Shown one piece after another: positions 7,619 through 10,900 of a stretch of DNA of 10,900 bases. Made by a program: the position numbers and the translations under genes. The notes beneath the pieces are model-generated. The model had not been told where the DNA came from, did not search any database, and saw nothing but the letters and a program-made list of their open reading frames with translations. How positions within the stretch are numbered: position 1 is the first letter of the stretch; each line of letters opens with the position of its first letter. Origin of the DNA: Candidatus Hydrogenedentota bacterium (GTDB taxonomy: Bacteria; Hydrogenedentota; Hydrogenedentia; Hydrogenedentales; SLHB01); contig JAWXCN010000226.1 in assembly GCA_034408725.1 (NCBI GenBank), forward strand, positions 1-10,900, read 5' to 3'.

Positions 7619-9436
7619 TCAGCGAATACCCTTCGCTTCCAGCGCGCGAATCTCGGCAGACCACTGTTCGCGCTCCCGATCGGAGACATTTGGATCAGGG
7701 AGAAGGCTGCGCCGCGTGCAGTTCACGAGTGCCTGCAACGTTTGATATCGGCGTGTCTCGGTGATCGCTGGCGGTATCAAATCCTGCACGACCCCGGTAA
7801 TTGAATCGAGCGACAGCTTCGCGCCTGTGCGAGCTGCCCGCGCCTTCAACTCAGATCGCAAGGACGCAAAACTTGCCGAGGAATAATTCGGGGTCAATTC
7901 GTCGAGATGATCAATGGCCTTCTCCGTTAATTCGATGTCGGTGACACCGCCGACGGCCCATGCGATGAACGCCCTGCGGTCTTCCCCTTCGGGATCGAGA
8001 ACTGGAATAATGAGATCGCCGACGCGGCCCGGCCTGCGAATGTCCGGCGAGAGCAGATGAATGCGCGCGGTCATGAGCAACCACACAACGCGGCCTCGGA
8101 GCTTGGGATCAGACATCATGGCCTGAATTTTGCCGGTGAGCCGGCGTTCAGTTTCATGGGTATCCGCGCCGACACCGCCAAACTGGGTATCGGCTTCATC
8201 GACAAAGATAAGGACTTTCGAGAGTGCGTCCAGCACGCGGCGTAATCGCTCGAAGATTACATCGGTTTGTCCGTACCATTGGCTGCGAATATTCTTGAGC
8301 ACGAGTACAACCATGTCGAGTTCCGCGGCGACTGCTTCGAAAATAAATGTTTTCCCACCGCCAATCGGGCCTGCGACGGCGGCGCCGGACAAGGCTTCAG
8401 CGCCGGTAGATTTGAAACGCGGCATCAATTCGTCGCGAAGGAACTGTTTCAGGTTCGTGAAACCGACACAGTCTTCCAGACGATGGGAAGGTTTTTTGAA
8501 TTCGACAATGTCTTCACCCAGTTGCGACTGTATGAATTCCTCGACCTTTGCGACAACCTGTTGCTGGGAGAGTTCTCGCGCGTCGTGGCGCGCGCCTTTG
8601 AGCAGTTGCAGCAGCGCGTGGATCGATAGACCCGCAGTCTGACGCGCCAGATCACCGGTGCTTCCCCAAAGCTGAACGGGGGCGCCTTGCGTGAAAAACC
8701 ATTCGATGCACTGCATCCGGGCTGGTTCATCCGGTGACGGGACCTGCGCTTCGACAATCTGCGGCAGCTTTGCCACCCGGTGATGCACCTGACTGCGCGA
8801 TTCGGCAAACAAGACAACGCTGTCATCCGCGTTCATGAAGCCGGGATCGCTGAACCAATCATGCAACACGGCCACGCGGTGCCGATCGACATCCGAGAGT
8901 CCCGTTATCGCGCCCTCCGGGACCAGCATGTCCGCGCCTTCGATGATGATGAGCAAATCCTCCGCGAGGGCGGGTTTACCCGCTACGACAGTGCGCGAGC
9001 AAAGACACATTTGCCGCATGAGCTCGAGGGCAACGGTTGGATTCCCCACTGCCGCCTGGACGTTGGCATCATATGCGATGGCGATTGCCTGATGTTCCTG
9101 GGCCGCCTTGTTGTTGGACAACATGCGCTCAATGGCGATTTGATTGACATCAAGGCCTGTGCGCCATCTCAACCAGGCATCCCTGATTTTATCCCGGTCT
9201 GCCGCGCGCACGAAACGGATTGGACCGTTCAATTCGTACACTATCAGGATGCGGTCCGGCGAGGCCCACTGCTCAGCGAGAAGATCGAGAAGCGTTGCGT
9301 ATGCCGCGTTCGCGCCGGCTTGCGGCTGATAAAAAAGATCATGGATATTGCCGGTGAGAAGAATGCTCCGTGACTGGCGCGAGTTCAGAATTCTTCCGGC
9401 CGTTTTCAGAAACGCATACTCTGGCGCCGGCGGCAT
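7619..9436 (-). CDS. Classical-clade AAA ATPase with degenerate N-terminal AAA module and largely intact C-terminal module (Ycf46/Cdc48/Vps4-like), 605 aa
   Basis: Walker A GPIGGGKT (8348-8371), pore loop IRSQWYGQTD, Walker B LIFVDE (8195-8212), second region of homology LSPDIRRPGRVGD. Degenerate first module ILLTGNIHD and LIIIEGAD. Confidence 0.92.
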   Translation of the reverse strand: MPPAPEYAFLKTAGRILNSRQSRSILLTGNIHDLFYQPQAGANAAYATLLDLLAEQWASPDRILIVYELNGPIRFVRAADRDKIRDAWLRWRTGLDVNQIAIERMLSNNKAAQEHQAIAIAYDANVQAAVGNPTVALELMRQMCLCSRTVVAGKPALAEDLLIIIEGADMLVPEGAITGLSDVDRHRVAVLHDWFSDPGFMNADDSVVLFAESRSQVHHRVAKLPQIVEAQVPSPDEPARMQCIEWFFTQGAPVQLWGSTGDLARQTAGLSIHALLQLLKGARHDARELSQQQVVAKVEEFIQSQLGEDIVEFKKPSHRLEDCVGFTNLKQFLRDELMPRFKSTGAEALSGAAVAGPIGGGKTFIFEAVAAELDMVVLVLKNIRSQWYGQTDVIFERLRRVLDALSKVLIFVDEADTQFGGVGADTHETERRLTGKIQAMMSDPKLRGRVVWLLMTARIHLLSPDIRRPGRVGDLIIPVLDPEGEDRRAFIAWAVGGVTDIELTEKAIDHLDELTPNYSSASFASLRSELKARAARTGAKLSLDSITGVVQDLIPPAITETRRYQTLQALVNCTRRSLLPDPNVSDREREQWSAEIRALEAKGIR

Positions 9437-9451
9437 AGTGTTTGAGCAGCG

Positions 9452-10276
9452 CTATTCGGGTAACGCGGTTTTTTCGCGCGCTTCGCCCATGCCAGACGAG
9501 GACTCGGCAGTTTTCGCCAAGCCGATAAGCTGGTCGAATTCGGAAGAGGACGCGCTCTTGCGCGCGTATTCGAGAAACTCGGATTCCTGCGCGCGCGTAT
9601 TGGTCCCCGCCATTTCGCGGGAGATGCGCGCTTCCGCCTTCACTTCTTCTCGGAGGTGGCGCAGGCGCTGAAGTTCCTCCGAAGTGCGGTCCTGTGAAAT
9701 TCCCGATATGGAATCGGCGATATCCTTTTCTTCCTTCGCGGTAAGCATGTCAGCAATGGCGTCGGAAGCTTCGACGCGGACTTTATCTATTTCGCGATGA
9801 AGGTCTTTCAACTGTATCTTGTGATCGGAAATTCGCTTGCTTAGCTCCTCGACGTCCTTCTCGAGTTCGTCAATCCGCGCCTGCTTTTCAGCAAGGGTCG
9901 AACTGAAATCGTTGAACGCGTTCAAACAGGTCTTGTACTCTTCGCTCGATTTGACGTCATCCTGCGATTTTCCGGCGGCAATCATTTTATCGGCCAGGTG
10001 TTTCGCTTTGGCAAGAGCGCCCGATTTAAGGTTTTCGAGCTTCGTCACTTCGCCGGTAAGCTCTTTTAACTTCGCCATTTTCATGACCTGCTGGGAAATA
10101 AGCCCGGCGACCGCCTGCTTGTACTGATGAATCCGGGTCGTTTTCTCGCGAATAATTTCATCGTATTTGGCCCGAACCACCTGGGGATTGGTGTCCAGCA
10201 CACGACGGGCCGAATCCAGTTGGCCTGTCACGAGATAGCCAAAGGCCTTGAACCAGCGGGACAGCGCGCGAAACAT
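9452..10276 (-). CDS. PspA/Vipp1(IM30)-like coiled-coil protein, 274 aa (divergent)
   Basis: GGAGG SD 9 nt before ATG 10276. Amphipathic basic N-terminal helix MFRALSRWFKAFGYLVTG. LDTNP aligns with the conserved Pro after helix 0 in PspA (EDP). Long heptad hairpin; LQRLRHLREEVKAEARI resembles the PspA FERMEEKV..EA.A helix. Size is typical for the family. Confidence 0.75.
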   Translation of the reverse strand: MFRALSRWFKAFGYLVTGQLDSARRVLDTNPQVVRAKYDEIIREKTTRIHQYKQAVAGLISQQVMKMAKLKELTGEVTKLENLKSGALAKAKHLADKMIAAGKSQDDVKSSEEYKTCLNAFNDFSSTLAEKQARIDELEKDVEELSKRISDHKIQLKDLHREIDKVRVEASDAIADMLTAKEEKDIADSISGISQDRTSEELQRLRHLREEVKAEARISREMAGTNTRAQESEFLEYARKSASSSEFDQLIGLAKTAESSSGMGEAREKTALPE

Positions 10277-10380
10277 GGTGAGAACCCTCCAGTTGCCACG
10301 CCGGGAACCGGCGAATAGGGGTAGGGTACCGGTAGTGGTGGAATGGATCAACATGGCGAGCTGGTTGATGGGGCTGGGGA

Positions 10381-10409
10381 TTTATATGGCGGGGAAATGC
10401 CCTCTAAAA
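10381..10409 (-). promoter_or_regulatory. Weak candidate promoter for the pspA-like operon
   Basis: Minus strand TTTTAG-N17-TATAAA, about 105 nt upstream of ATG 10276. The -35 match is poor. Confidence 0.25.
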
Positions 10410-10413
10410 CCCC

Positions 10414-10442
10414 TTTACAAATTATTTGAAGTGGAGTATATT
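10414..10442 (+). promoter_or_regulatory. Candidate sigma70-type promoter for the prepilin-type gene
   Basis: TTTACA-N17-TATATT; each hexamer is a 5/6 match to consensus. Confidence 0.55.
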
Positions 10443-10749
10443 GACAAGCGAGTTGGTGGTACAGGCGTTCTCGGGAAACGCAAGGTGTGCTCGGTCATGG
10501 GGTGCCAACCAACCGTCAGGGAACAAACTTTTTTCCGTTTCGACAGTAGGCCGGCGTGTCTGTGAGTGTCTCAGGCGTGCCCCGTACATCGGTATTTTTG
10601 CATTCATACATCATACCGTTTTTCTGTTCATACGATTTGCGGGCTCAAAAAAACACTCGGACATCAACTCGAAAGGAGGGCAGGAACACACTTTGATAGC
10701 CGGCTTTGGTCAGTAGGTTGCAGTAAAGCAGTACATTTTCGTGAAGTTA

Positions 10750-10767
10750 GTTTCGGTAACCCGAAAC
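10750..10767 (+). other. 7-bp hairpin/inverted repeat in the leader of the prepilin-type gene
   Basis: GTTTCGG-TAAC-CCGAAAC, flanked by AGTTA..TAACT, 22 nt upstream of the SD. No U-tract follows. Confidence 0.4.
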
Positions 10768-10803
10768 GCTCGGATAACTGTTAAAGCCTGAGGAGACAAC
10801 CTA

Positions 10804-10900
10804 ATGAAGTCGAAACGTGGATTCACTTTGATTGAGCTGCTGGTGGTGATCGCCATCATCGGCATTCTGGCGGCAATCCTGTTGCCGGCCCTGGCCCGCG
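10804..10900 (+). CDS. Prepilin-type N-terminal cleavage/methylation domain protein (DUF1559-like), 5' fragment
   Basis: [32 protein letters not shown]: class III signal peptide with G|F and Glu+5. GAGGAG SD at 10790-10795. Runs off the window. Confidence 0.93.
   Translation, partial: MKSKRGFTLIELLVVIAIIGILAAILLPALAR

Noticed and set aside
3305-10318. Overlapping ORFs such as 3421..3999 +, 4252..4971 +, 6272..6706 +, 8130..8642 +, 8780..9373 +, 9837..10127 +
   Set aside because: They lie on or opposite well-supported genes, as expected by chance in GC-rich coding DNA.
10277-10354. 26-aa N-terminal extension of the PspA-like ORF (start 10354)
   Set aside because: ATG 10276 has a GGAGG SD and begins the amphipathic helix typical of the family.
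10490-10508. Possible sigma54 promoter (minus-strand TTGGCAC) for the pspA-like gene
   Set aside because: No GC at the -12 position (GG-N10-CC), and the neighbouring ATPase has no GAFTGA motif or HTH, so it is not PspF.
10248-10784. Intergenic ORFs 10248..10565 +, 10422..10607 -, 10426..10716 +, 10566..10784 +
   Set aside because: No convincing SD or protein-like motifs, and several overlap the promoter candidates.
10460-10790. Known riboswitch (c-di-GMP-I, glycine, cobalamin) suggested by fragments such as CGAAAG, GATAGCCGG, CTCAGG
   Set aside because: The remaining conserved elements and pairings could not be found in the right order.
1-10900. CRISPR array, tRNA/rRNA, IS/transposase, RHS toxin tip and immunity gene
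   Set aside because: None seen. The repeats are protein-level YD repeats, and the RHS C-terminus lies outside the window, so toxin identity cannot be called.

Overview
Bacterial DNA of roughly 55-60% GC by eye. The class III prepilin N-terminus and the surface-protein motifs suggest Ca. Hydrogenedentota or a PVC-like lineage (inference only). Six minus-strand genes form two apparent operons. Operon A (10276->6182) encodes a divergent PspA/Vipp1 (bacterial ESCRT-III)-like coiled-coil protein, then 15 nt later a 605-aa classical-clade AAA ATPase with a degenerate first module and a largely intact second module, then an enolase-superfamily enzyme. Operon B (5842->window start) encodes an exported HEAT/TPR-like protein, an exported InlB-B-repeat/CARDB surface protein, and a large signal-peptide-bearing RHS/YD-repeat protein. 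The RHS gene is missing from the supplied ORF track, is at least 1085 aa, and runs off the left edge. A divergent plus-strand prepilin-type (DUF1559-like) gene begins at 10804 and runs off the right edge. The two candidate systems of most interest are (1) a bacterial ESCRT-III-like + Vps4/Cdc48-like ATPase pair and (2) a three-gene Sec-exported RHS module with no T6SS marks in the window.
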